Positions 1-11,775 of a stretch of DNA of 64,000 bases are shown piece by piece. Both the position numbers and the translations under genes were made by a program. A model generated the notes under the pieces. It made no database searches and had not been told where the DNA came from. It saw only the letters and a list, made by a program, of their open reading frames with translations. The DNA is from Octopus vulgaris (Eukaryota), in NCBI GenBank assembly GCA_951406725.2, contig OX597823.1:62000001-62064000 (forward strand). Reading direction: 5' to 3'. Within the stretch, counting starts at the first letter, position 1, and each line of letters starts with the position of its first letter.

Positions 1-84
1 TGAACTCAGATCGTAGCAATTGGTGAAATTCTGTTATGCATTTTGTCCAGCATTGCTGCCTTATTAATAATAATAATGATGATG

Positions 85-346
85 ATGCCCTGATGCAATA
101 CCAGACAGTGGCTCTCATGGTTTTTGATCTTGACTGTTTGGAAGTGGTAAGTTCTACATGTTTTACCTTTGTGTAAAAGATGGGCTACAACAAATATTCT
201 GCTCAATACCATAGATTTGCTTGTCATTTTCTTAACCAGCTGAGCATATCCTTTAGTGGCTGACAATATGTGCAAACCTGATCATGAGCAGGAGTTGCTG
301 GGGTACATCATAGCCATATGTTGAGAGGAATTATTTGGGGTTTGAA
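85..346 (+). mobile_element. Truncated copy of interspersed repeat 'H' (longer copy at 24207-24755)
   Basis: TGATGCAATACCAGACAGTGGCTCTCATGG...AAAAGATGGGCTACA...GCCATATGTTGAGAGGAATT is colinear with 24207-24470; preceded by (AAT)n(GAT)n. Confidence 0.8.
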
Positions 347-524
347 GTTGGACCATTTTGTACATAAGCATATATACACTTTTTGTATTTCATGTTTTAA
401 TAGAGTAAAACTTTATATGTTGATCTAACTAACTTGATTATCCCTACAGAAAATATATTCTCATCTATGAACTACGTATGTATACATGTGTGTGTTTATA
501 TATGTGTGTGTGTGTGAGAGTGTG

Positions 525-526
<2 letters not shown>

Positions 527-580
<54 letters not shown>
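527..580. repeat. (TA)n microsatellite
   Basis: Pure TA run; left flank of the fold-back element. Confidence 0.95.
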
Positions 581-583
<3 letters not shown>

Positions 584-667
584 ATAAAAGATTGTGGGTA
601 AGGCCAAAACAATGCAAAGTAAATCACAAGAAAACAAATATGTGAATTAATGTAGACTTACCTTGTA

Positions 668-703
668 TTCAATATTTCGGGGTTATGACCCCATTTTCAA
701 GAA
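668..703 (-). ncRNA. Mirror copy of the hammerhead-like motif with a perfect stem II
   Basis: Minus strand reads TTC TTGAAAA T GGGGT CATA ACCCC GAAA TATT GAA. Confidence 0.5.
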
Positions 704-841
704 ATTGATCAATGTGGCTGATGTGTGTGGACATGTGCAGAAGGGTGTTGCTATAGCTACCAGCTGGTTCCTGCAACACCCTTCTGCGCATGTCCACTCC
801 ACATACACTCACACACATGCACATCGGCAACATTCATCAAT

Positions 842-877
842 TTCTTGAAAATGGGGTCCTAACCCTGAAATATTGAA
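842..877 (+). ncRNA. Minimal type-I hammerhead-like motif, U3-A8 core variant
   Basis: TTC|TTGAAAA|T|GGGGT-CCTA-ACCCT|GAAA-TATT|GAA: short stem I (TTC/GAA), stem II, GAAA and palindromic stem III (AATATT). Confidence 0.5.
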
Positions 878-1009
878 TACAAGGTAAGTCTACATTAATT
901 CAGATATTTGTTTTTCTTGTGATTTACCTTGCATTTACTTCGCATTGTTTTGGTCTTACCCACGACTTTTATACAATATATTCTACACAATGCTTCATAG
1001 TAATTATTC

Positions 1010-1014
<5 letters not shown>

Positions 1015-1060
<46 letters not shown>

Positions 1061-1071
1061 TATATATATAT
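1015..1071. repeat. (TA)n microsatellite
   Basis: TA run; right flank of the fold-back element. Confidence 0.95.
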
Positions 1072-1596
1072 GCACATACAGACATATGGTTAAATGAAGT
1101 AATATTCGCAATTTCAACTATTTTCTAAGAACAGATATATTTCTGATTTGAGTTTTTCCTTTAGAATTACTATCATATCTGGGAATACATTTTCTAAATA
1201 TTCAATATTAAGATTCTTCACCAAGTTTCTTGATTGGCACTGCCATTTCCAGTGGAATATTTAAACTATTATTTAAATGATTTATTTTCCAATCCTATAA
1301 GTCTATAAATATTTATGACTAAAGGGCTCCAAGCTTGTTCTCAATTTCAGTATTCTGGGCCAGATTTAGCTTACATCTATTATTTAATATGTTTTTAGTT
1401 GAGAATTTGCTAAAACCCATTATATTACTGTTTAATTATTTCCAACTGGAATCTTTTCACACTCACAAGAATATGTTCTCAGAATAGATAATAATTGAAA
1501 GTATATGTGTTTTATTTTATTTTCTCTTGTGCACATTTAAATAAAACTTCTGAAGTGACATTTTCAATTATGGAATCGCCTGGAGACAGCATGAAC

Positions 1597-2486
1597 TGTT
1601 GTGTGTCTCACCAAGCTAGCGTATAAACTAAAATATCTGCTTGATTATAACCAGCTGTGAATAGTGTATACATTAGTAAAGATCAATAGTTTGAATGCAT
1701 ATTTCAGCTTATTAGGTGGCTTGAAGAAATAGTTACTAATCATAATCATTTTATGTACATTTTGCTATGCTTGCATGGATTGGATAAGTTTTTCTATCAT
1801 ACTGTGTCTCATCCTTGTGGTCTTTTGTGAAGTTCAGTTTCCAGATTTCAGCATTGGCTCCTTCTATTCATGTCCTCATAATTTAGTTAGGAATTTCAAC
1901 TGTGTTTCGTGGTCTGCTGCCACAACAGCTCCTTTAGAGGATCCAGTTAGCTCAAGACATCATCAGGAGGAACCACGTCTGGTTTTGACTCCTACTCCTT
2001 TACCGTTTTGACGTGGCGGGGCCCCCCTTTCGGAGGTGTCTTCAGCTCTGGTGTTGAGTGCATGTCTTCTTTCTTCTCCTTTCTTCTGTTCCCTGGCCTC
2101 TTCGATGTAGCATCAACAAGTGTCAGCGGGCGACTGACTGTCTTGTCAAATTTCCCTTTAAATACCCGCTGCTAGGCTCCTGCAGGCAACCTCAGCAAGT
2201 TGTCACATGACACTGTCTCAACTTTAACTGACCAATGAAGGCGCGTAGTCTTAGCCCACACATTCTCTAAACAAGATCATTACCTGTTAATCAGCGAAGC
2301 TATTTCAGTGTCAGCTTGTCTCACCTAGTGAGATATCCTTAGAAACTACTATCTTCCCCTGTCAACCCTTGTCACTTTTGCATTCATCATTCATCATCCA
2401 TTCACACTGCTAATCCATATATGTACTGTCAGCTTTCTGGATTCTGTCAATGGCCAACTGTTCTCTAACTCTCTCCCATTACAACA
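1597..2486 (-). mobile_element. Possible solo LTR
   Basis: Bounded by TGTTGT...ACAACA; GC/CpG-richer interior; TATA-like GGTATTTAAA on minus (~2157-2166) and CCAAT at ~2232; no clean TSD. Confidence 0.3.
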
Positions 2487-2589
2487 TTCAGGCAAGTTAA
2501 AGAATTGTAATCTTCTATGAATGTTTAATAATAATCACATCGTAAATAAAATAGTTAATTTAATATCACTTTTTTTCCTACGTGCTAAA

Positions 2590-3135
2590 GATATCAGATA
2601 ACTTTGTAAAGCCAGTTGATGACTTTGTTAATCTATCTGATAATATTTGCCAATCTGTTTGATTGTGTTTGTTAATCCTGCTGACAGCATTTGTCTCTCC
2701 ATATGATAGTGTGCCAATTCATATGATGGTATTTGTCAAGAGATTTGATAGCATTTATTCATCAACCTGCTAGTGTTTACAATGAAAAAAGGATTGGTAA
2801 ACGCTATCATTCTCCATCTGAGAGTGTCAGTCAAGTTTTCTGATAATGATTGTCAAGCTCTCTGATAATATTTGGCAAGCTTTTTGATGATGAATACCGA
2901 GCCTTTTGATAATGGATACAGAGCCTTTTGATAATGAATACAGAGCTTTTTGATTATGGATACAGAGCCTTTTGATAATGGATACAGAGCCTTTTGATAA
3001 TGCTTGCCGAGCCTTTTGATAATGCTTGCCGAGCCTTTTGATAATGCTTGCCGAGCCTTTTGATAATGATTGCCAAGCCTTCTGATAATAATTGCTAAGC
3101 CTTCTGATATTGATTGCCAAGACGTCTGATAACTT
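2590..3135. repeat. 22-bp minisatellite (GAGCCTTTTGATAATGCTTGCC / GAGCCTTTTGATAATGGATACA)
   Basis: Near-perfect units at ~2876-3105 with degenerate units on both sides; explains ORF 2827..3120. Confidence 0.9.
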
Positions 3136-4023
3136 TTCTCTGAGCTATCTAAATGACCCAGCTAAACTTCCTTATAACAACGCTAAACCATTAGCCTATT
3201 AAAGCTCAATTGCTTTGAGCTAGCCACTGGCTTTATTTCGAGGTTACTGGTTATATATATATTTCTACATCATTGAGGTTATTATGACTGACAGATAACG
3301 GCAAGCATAGATCATTGTCATATTAGCAGGAGAGAGAAAGAAACAAGTAGGAGGAGAGTAATTATATTGTAGATGTATGAAAAGAAAACATTGTAATACT
3401 CTGCTCAGAAGTGAATGATTTATAAATCCATTAGTTCATAAATCTATTAATACATCTTAATATACTCACACACACAGAAAATTGTTCCCACTCTCACACT
3501 TCAGCTGTCTTTCTTTCACCCTGTCAGTGCTTTTCTTTTGCTCTACTCTCTTTTCTTTGCTTTACCTTTTCTCTCACTTCTTACTATACACTTCTCTCTC
3601 TCTCCCCCTCTCTGTTTGTCTCTTTATGTATCTATTCCCCTCCCCCATCTCTCTCTCTCTCTCTCTCTACCTTTACTTGATCATCATCATCTTATATCTC
3701 AATTTCCTCACCTTCCTGTCATCATGTTGTTTCAGAGGATGCCAAAAGTTCTAACTCCAGGTTATATAACCTTCTAGTGATATATATACCCTAGATGCAG
3801 GACAGCAGTAGCAATTCAATTAACTAGCTTTCCATTCATTATCATATTAGAGTTTATAATGTGTTTATTGAATTAGACACATGCCACACATAGAACAGCG
3901 ATGTATATATATGGTAACTTTCTTTAACACAATTTACGACTGCATCTAAGCCAGCCTCACAGATTCTAATTCAGCCAAACTTGTCTGTAATTCTATAAGT
4001 ACTTTCTATAGCATACATCTTAA

Positions 4024-4551
4024 TTATATGTGTGTGTATGCATGTGTATAGAAAGACATGAATGTGCATATGTGTGTGTGTGTGTGTGTGTTTGCATATG
4101 TATAGAAAGGTTTTTGAATGCGTGTGTGTGCACTATGTATATATGTCTGTACATTTATATTATATGTATGGGGAGAGAATTGCATGTGTGTGTGTATATA
4201 CATATGTATAATTGTATATATGTGTGCATGTGTATGTATATAGGTATGTATATATATCTGTATTGTATATGCAGCTGTATGTATGTATATATATTTGTGT
4301 GTGTGTGTATATATATATATATTTGTGTGTGTATATATAGATATATATATATATTTGTGTGTGTATATATAGATATACATATGTGTCTGTGTGTATATAT
4401 GTATATATATATATATACACATGTATATATTTGTGTGTGTGTGTTTATACATGTATATATTGTATGTATGTATGTATGATGATGATGATGATGATGATAT
4501 CTGTATGTATATTTATATATATATACACAAATGCATATATTTATGTGTGTG

Positions 4552-4584
<33 letters not shown>

Positions 4585-4650
4585 GTGTGTGTATGTATGT
4601 TTATATATAAATGTATATATTTGTGTGTGTATGTATACACACATACACAT
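4024..4650. repeat. Compound (TA)/(TG)/(TATG)/(GAT) low-complexity tract
   Basis: Direct reading; source of the overlapping YI/CV/HT pseudo-ORFs. Confidence 0.95.
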
Positions 4651-6414
4651 GGTATCCTAATTTCTTGCATGTTATTGAATTTACTTATTGCTGTAGCATT
4701 CTACGCCACTGTCATTAGACTGCAAACGAATTGTTTCCAATCATTCGTAATCTCCATCTAGAAAGCGTCTTTTATTCTCTTTGAATTTCCATCACGTTTC
4801 CAGAATTTGTGTGGATGAATACACAGTATTTCATTGTAAGTGTCATTACTCTGATCTTTATCATTAAGGAACCATTGTTACTATCAGTGCTGTCACAAAC
4901 ACTGGAAGTGAGTGAATGCTTGTTTAAGTCAAATCTATGACTTGGGGTTTCGATTCTCAGCTGGTAACCATTTGAATTAATGTTGATTAATAGCATTTGT
5001 AGAGGTAAGGATGTCTGAACATCCCTTTTGTCATTTGTTTATAAAATCTGAGGTTTTGAGGCAATGCACGAAATCACCAATATTTCAACAAATCCTATTT
5101 GTGTGTGTGTGTGTGTGTCTGTGTGTGTGTGTTTTTCATAGTAATACAAGCTGGTTAATTTGAAGGGGTCGTTTCAAGATTGTCAGTTAAATTAACATCA
5201 ATACGTGATCGGTACTTTTGTTTCATCACTTTTGTAGTAATGAAAGGGTGAGTTGTGTGATGTTTTTTAACTTCTGAATGTATAGAATCGACACTAAAAA
5301 CGTTTGAAGGAGTTCAGTCTGATACGCTAGTGGTTCCGCTTCTACCATCATCTCATTAACCCTTTAGTAATGAACAGAAATATATGACCAATGATGTCTA
5401 AGTTCCAAACACACGGAACAACCTAACAGGATATTGTATAGTAGTGGTAATGGTGGTTGTAGTGGTAGTGGTAGTAAGTAGCCATAGTATAAATTTATCT
5501 ATGTTTCTTATGCATTCTGTCCTTACATTAGATTGACTTAATATCTTATTGTCCATTTTATCTCTTGTGTGATATTCAAAGCAGTGTTGCAAATGACTGA
5601 AATATTTACATCACTGCACCAACCCACCCTCCCGACCAACCGACCAACCATCCAACCACCCAACTCTCAACTTTCTCTCAAGAATTTTTATTAAAAATCC
5701 TCTTTTATTACAATCTCTTGCTTTTCTTCTGTTTGTCACAGTCCTTTGGATTTACATTGTCAGTGATCACAGTAACACAATAGCATCCATCTTTTGTTTT
5801 TGACTGAACACTGACAATTGCTATTATTCAATTTATGTTATTTTCCAGCAAAAAGACAAAAGCAACAAAAAGGAAAAAAAAAAGAAAAGAAAAGAAATAG
5901 AAATTCTATTCAATTTATTTAGCTTTTATTTTTGCTTGGCTCATTTTCATTTTCTTTTGTTATGTTATATTTTTACTCTTTCTCTCGGTATCCACTGAAT
6001 ATTCTCCTGATGCTGTGTCAAAATCTATTAGTTGATCAACATTTGGGAATTTAGCTGGAACTGAATTTTCTTTTAAATTACTGTTCGCTGTAATCTATTT
6101 ATTTATTTGTTTGTTGATCTATGTATTTATTCATTTCATACTCTATCGATTTCTTTATTTAATTGTTTGCACAATTAGCTGATTAGATTTGATATGTCTT
6201 GTGCAGTCATCTAACAAACTCTTTCAAAATAACGACCAGCCATAACGATTTAGGTTCTAAAACTACATGTCTTTGTTAATAATTTAAAGCATATCTACCT
6301 CTTAATATCTCCTAACCCTCAGTATCTCCATCCTCCTCCACAAATAGGTATATTTAATCTCTAATTACTACACTGTAAATTTTGGGAACATTCAGATTAA
6401 CCCCACAATCATAA

Positions 6415-6570
6415 CTGTGAAGTTAAAATGCTTACCTCATAACCACACTTTTCCGAGTTCAGTTCCACTAAATGCCACCTTGGGCAAATGCCTCCTACCA
6501 TAGTTTTGGGCTGATCAGTGCTTTGTGAGATGAATTTGGTAACCAGAAGCTGTGTAGAAGCTTGCTTTTT
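6415..6570 (+). mobile_element. SINE B head (tRNA-like head plus CORE-like ACCTTGGGCAA segment), degenerate
   Basis: GAGTTCAGTTCCACT..GCCACCTTGGGCAAATG..GAATTTGGTAA matches 43266-43420. Confidence 0.65.
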
Positions 6571-6809
6571 GTATGTGGTGTTTGTGTTGATATTTATTGC
6601 TTTTATGAAGTCCACTTTGCCATGCTCACATGGTTTGGATGGAATTTGTTAAGGTGTATTTTCTATGGTTGGTTGCCCTTCCTTTCACTAACTATCAGGT
6701 ACTATTTCCCTGGTTACCACGCACATTTTCATAGAATATTGCATGACAATTACACTCGTTTTACAACTATCATGAGATGTCAAGTCAAGGATACATAAAA
6801 CACACACAC

Positions 6810-6945
6810 ACATGCTTCCATCTACCAAGTCCACTGAGAATGTTTTGGTTGATCCAGTGCTGTAGTGTAAGATATCAGTCTAAGTTACCACACTGTGGGA
6901 CTGAACCTAGAATCACATGGTTGGGAAGCAAACTTCTTACCATAT
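6810..6945 (-). mobile_element. SINE B head, inverted
   Basis: GTGGGACTGAACCTAGAATCACATGGTTGGGAAGCAAACTTCTTACCA is the reverse complement of the SINE B head. Confidence 0.7.
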
Positions 6946-7047
6946 CTAGATTTTGAAGATATAACTGTGTTTGAATTTAATCATTTTTTTTATTTATATT
7001 TTTCTTATTAATCTTTTCCCAGAGTTGTCAGATAGAATACCTTACAC

Positions 7048-7236
7048 TAGTGGTTCCAAACCTGGGGTCCACAGACCCCTAGTGGTCCACAAAGGTAGAA
7101 GTGAGTGTCTGTGAATTAAATTCAAAATTTTATATATATATATATATATAAAGATAAGCATATTAAAAGGGGTCTGTGGGAAAACTCATTTACATAAAAG
7201 GGTTGGAAACCATTGTGAAAAGAGTGGGAACCACTG
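7048..7236. mobile_element. hAT-type MITE with duplicated right TIR
   Basis: Left TIR TAGTGGTTCCAAACC; right TIRs GGTTGGAAACCATTG (7201-7215) and GTGGGAACCACTG (to 7236); 8-bp TSD CCTTACAC/CCCTACAC; internal (TA)n. Confidence 0.75.
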
Positions 7237-7628
7237 CCCTACACAATTTGTTCTGTTTTTGTGATCCGAGTTCAAATTACATTGAGGTTAACATTGCTAT
7301 TCTTCCTTTCGGAGTCAAAAGTATCAGCTGCGGGAAGTTGATTGGTGCAGTTGTAAGAGCACCAGATAAGATACCTCAAGGCAGTATCTGTTCCAGACTT
7401 TTGCAATCTGATTTCAAATTCTACCATTTATCACTGACCTCATTTTAGCGGGTAACAAGTCTTTTGGGGATTTGACTTGATTAACTGTGATAGGCCTCCA
7501 TTGTTAGACAGTGACATGTCAGATAAAGCTACACTTCAGTTCCATGAAGATGCATACCTGAAAATACTAACCCTGTGCCACTTATCAGCTGAATGCTAGG
7601 TTAGAAAAAAATTTTGTTTGTGTTTTAT

Positions 7629-7855
7629 TTAACCGTTTAGCATTTAAACTGACCATATTCAGTTCAATATTCCACTAGTTTTAGGTTCCAACCAACCAGA
7701 TTCAGCCTCACATATGGATCTTGCAATGTCCTTCTAAAAATAAACAGTAACATCATCAAAATCTCAAAGGTACTTCATCATGTATGATTAATTCAAAACA
7801 AAGTGAAGATATAAGCATTACATTTGACAGAATAATCTGAATGCTAAAGAGTTCA
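7629..7855 (+). mobile_element. piggyBac-type MITE family D1
   Basis: TTAA-CCGTTTAGCATT ... AATGCTAAAGAG-TTCA termini; colinear with 11562-11775 and the reverse complement of 62493-62712. Confidence 0.7.
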
Positions 7856-8324
7856 ATGCAACAATATTCCTTAGTACTTTAACATCTTATCTTCTGAATG
7901 ATGTGTTAACAGTGACAGTATTATCCCTATGTTTTTGTGGTGCATACATGTGTGTGTGTATATCATCATCATCGTTTATTGTCATCTTTTCCATGCTTTC
8001 TCAGGTCAGCTAGAATTTGTTGAGGCAAATTTTATATAACTGGATGCTCTTCTTGTTACCAACACCCTCACCTGTTTCCAACCAAGGTAATATTTTGACA
8101 TGAAAACAGAAAACGAACAACTTTGCTTGTAAGACAATGTTATAACCATTACATCAAACACACACAATGATCTTTCAGTTTCTGTTTACCAGATCCACTC
8201 AGAGGGCTGTAGTCACACTGGAGCTATAATAGAAGACATTTGTCCAAGGTGCTGCATAGTGGAACTGAAGCCAAGAACACATGGTTTGGAAGCAAGCTTT
8301 CAACCACATTGTTACATATACACC

Positions 8325-8356
<32 letters not shown>

Positions 8357-8859
8357 CATATATAACTTTTGCCAGTAAAAAGATGTACATATCATTAAGA
8401 AAACTTGAAAAGTTTTGATCAAAAATGTTTTCCTAGTAAGTATTCATCCTGCATAGATAATACCCCGTTACTCTTAATATTAGAAGCTAGTAATTGATCC
8501 ATCAGAAATCCATAACGAATAATGCTGTTGTACCGTAAACAATGTAAGATAGATTATATAAATAAATGGTCAGATTATATATATAAATAGTCAAATCTTT
8601 ATTAATTTTATGTACATTACCTCTTGCAAATGATCTACATTCATGGACAAAATTGTTTTTGGCATCCTTACCTTTTGCCAGACTTTATCAGGATCCAAAC
8701 TCTAAAATGGTTTCCAGAAATATGCGAAATCATTGTACTAGTAAATAAGAATAAGTTGGTCTTTCTCAAATTGACAACTGTCACCATGCTTAGATGCTGG
8801 AAAATAAGCATTAAGGAAGCAAACAACATTTTTTATTTAGTACACATTGTAATGTTATT

Positions 8860-8990
8860 GGTGTTAGGAAGGGCATCCAGCCATAAAAACCATGCCAAAA
8901 CAGTGAAACTTGTAGTAGTCTTCTGGCTTGATAGCTCCTAACAAACAATCCAATCCATGCTAGACATTAAATGATGATGATGATGATGAC
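8860..8990 (+). mobile_element. SINE C 3' part with (GAT)n tail
   Basis: GGTGTTAGGAAGGGCATCCAGCC...TCCAATCCATGCTAGACATTAAATGATGATG; same family as 51775-52098. Confidence 0.75.
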
Positions 8991-10307
8991 ACCCATGTCC
9001 TGTGCCAGTGCCATGATAGAAAGTTGCCATTCTACCATACTCCCATGAGACTTTTAGAAAGATTAGTGTACTGGTGATATAAAAGCACTCTTAGTGTACA
9101 CTACAAAGTGATTTGCAGATGAACAGAACAAGTATAGTATTGTGAGGTCCCTTTTGTCCTATCTCATTGAGAACTGTTAAATCTCTCTAGTCTCAATGAC
9201 ATAAGAAAATACACCTAGTACACTCTGTAAAGTGTATTGGGTATTATTTTCTCATGGAACTGGGTAACACTTAGAACTGGATCTGGTAGTGGGGCCTTGG
9301 CATGGGTGTCCCAGAGTTTTGAGGCACATGGGACCACTTCTTAGTTCTTTTTGTTCCCTTGAACTGTTGGGGTTCCAGCTATGGGTTAACTGGCATGTGT
9401 ACCACCTGCTTCAAACCCAGACTACATCTGCTCTGATAGCTGGCGTTATAGAAAATGGTATTTGAATGGATGCTATGAAGAGCTAGATAGAGTGTGTACA
9501 TGAGATAGATAGATAGAGAGAGAGAGATAGAAAAAGAGAAGGAAGAGAGCGAGAGAGAAGGCAAGATGAGCTGGGTCACCCCCCACCCCTGCTGCTGGTG
9601 AAAGGACATGTATGAGCACTAGTTTATGAAACTTGTAACTCCCAGTAAGAAGTGACTGACCATAATGATCCATCCAACCATGCCAGTATGAAAAATAGAC
9701 ATAAAATTATGATGATGATTCGCTCAAAGAATTCAGTCCACTTCTCAGCTGCAGCTGATAAGTTCACTAACATGGGATAACTTACCTACTGAGACTTAGT
9801 ACAAATTACCTTTATTTATTTATTAGCAATACCCTCTTTTAGCATGGTGAACAACTTCGCCCTCTACAGTCAAACCATAGAAGCCTTTACTCGACCCATT
9901 AGAATTAATGGCTTATGTCTTCCAAACCACACCCCAAACAATTGAACAATTAAATCATTTTTGTCCTTCTTCATTTATACTTTCCTATACTATAAACGTT
10001 TTGATTCTTGCTAGTCTTATCATGGAATACACCAAAATCAACAGCTCCAGGTACCACCTTAACCCAAGAATTTACAATAATCCTAACTAGTTATTTCAAA
10101 TTTTCCCTCTTGTACAAATGAAGCTTTTGCTCATAACTGCTCAAGATAGTAGCCAAATTTCCCTCAAGTTACATCCTAAAATTTGAAATCAGGAAAAGAT
10201 ACATTAGATAATGTAGTTCCACATGTCCTCTAAAAAGATAGGAGAGGTTGACTTGGAGGCCAAACTATACTCCCTCTCCTTTTTTTTTTTCCATTCTCTC
10301 TCTCGTC

Positions 10308-10347
<40 letters not shown>

Positions 10348-11561
10348 CTATAAAGAATTATTGCAATATCAACTGAATGGGACCAGTGTTTCCATGAAAG
10401 TTGATGGTAAACTAATCTATGCTACTTGTTTTCAAGCTGTACCTTTAAGATTATGCTAAATTATACAGAATTCATGCTGCATTTCCTTCCCAAACCCACC
10501 AGACCTATGTTTTATAACACTATTTCATTGTTCTTTGACATCTCTTATTTACATCGATGTCTGTTTTTATTGTGCTGACATGAACTGATCTGCAACAGAA
10601 CATCTCTTAATATACGTCTTGATCATGCACCCTATGTTTTATGAGGTTGTTGCTTGGATGTTTATGACTAGATGACCTTGTCATGACCTCCCTTTCCTGT
10701 GAAGAAACATGGTAAATTATGTCATGTCTATTTTTGTAGTTTTGTTCAAATATAATTTTATGTTTTCTTTTTCCTTCCTGTGTAAAATTCTCATGTTGGT
10801 ACTACCATATAAACATTTACTTTTATCTTCATTTCCAATTGTTTTTTTTGTTTAATTTTGTTTTTTTGTATTGATAATTTTATCCATTTTCATTTTTATG
10901 TTAGCAAATTTTAAAAACATAGTTCAGGTTTCTTTTAATTAAAATGCTACTACTCTATGTACTGTGTTTTAATTACTACCAGGTAAAGCATCAGTACTTG
11001 ATCATTGTTCAATAATTTGATGATTTTCTTTGTAAATATATTTTTGGTCTTAAAAAAATCTGATAAAAATTTTCTTTGTTCATAATTAATTATACAGTTT
11101 GTACAGATCTTATGAATCTTCAAGGAAAATATCCCATACAAATATTCTCAAGGATATTCAATTTTGAACTCTTACATCTGTTATCTTAATGACTAGTTTA
11201 AATAACTAAGAATTAAATGAATGAGGGTGAACTCAACCAGAAGTGATTTCCATGTTGAAATTTTATCAATACCTTAAAAGAATTGTTTTCTCTTTGTTCA
11301 AAATTTCAATTGGAGTTATTTTATTAGAAGTAAAATATCTAAAACTACAAGTGGTATTTTCTTTCATTCTGTAGTTTTATATTGACTCTACTTAAATTAT
11401 TTGAAGAAAGTAAAGATGATAATTAACACGCCTCTGATGTAAATTCATTTATGTTTGCAGCTGGTTACAATGCAACTATGATGTTAATAACATAATAATA
11501 ACAATTTCCTTATATTACATGACTAATTAAACAAATTAAAAAGCAATGTTTTCATATGCTT

Positions 11562-11775
11562 TTAACCCTTTGTTTATTTTGGCCATATTTTTCAGGCCAA
11601 AATAGTCTACCTCTTTTATGTTCAAACCAGCCCGATCTCACCTACCTTACAATATCATTCTAAAAGTAAACAGTAACATCAGTGAAATCCCAAAGTTATA
11701 AAATAATGTACAATTAATTTAAAACAATGCAAATAAACAAGAATTACATTTGACAGTATAGTCTGAATGCTCAAG
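11562..11775 (+). mobile_element. piggyBac-type MITE family D1
   Basis: TTAACCCTTT...CATTTGACAGTATAGTCTGAATGCT; colinear with the 7629 copy. Confidence 0.7.

Larger units (their letters stand above)
579..1014. mobile_element. Asymmetric fold-back element inside a (TA)n tract; probable non-autonomous Penelope-like inverted pLTR pair
   Basis: Arm 579-751 is the reverse complement of 773-977 (loop 752-772); right arm has an unpaired tail 978-1014; both arms carry an outward-reading hammerhead-like motif; (TA)n on both sides. Confidence 0.7.

Noticed and set aside
2008-2050. Hammerhead-like CTGAAGA...CGAAA on the minus strand
   Set aside because: No stem II between the core segments; GAAA is better explained as the loop of a CCTCC-GAAA-GGGGG hairpin
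2827-3120. Repetitive 97-aa ORF resembling a repeat protein
   Set aside because: Product of a 22-bp minisatellite whose unit is not a multiple of 3; no splice or start context
4024-4761. Cluster of 76-171 aa ORFs on both strands
   Set aside because: Translations of (TA)/(TG) repeats that lack stops by composition; the same applies to ORFs at 895-1128, 15799-16236, 21729-22120, 39038-39525, 43923-44300 and 50428-50706
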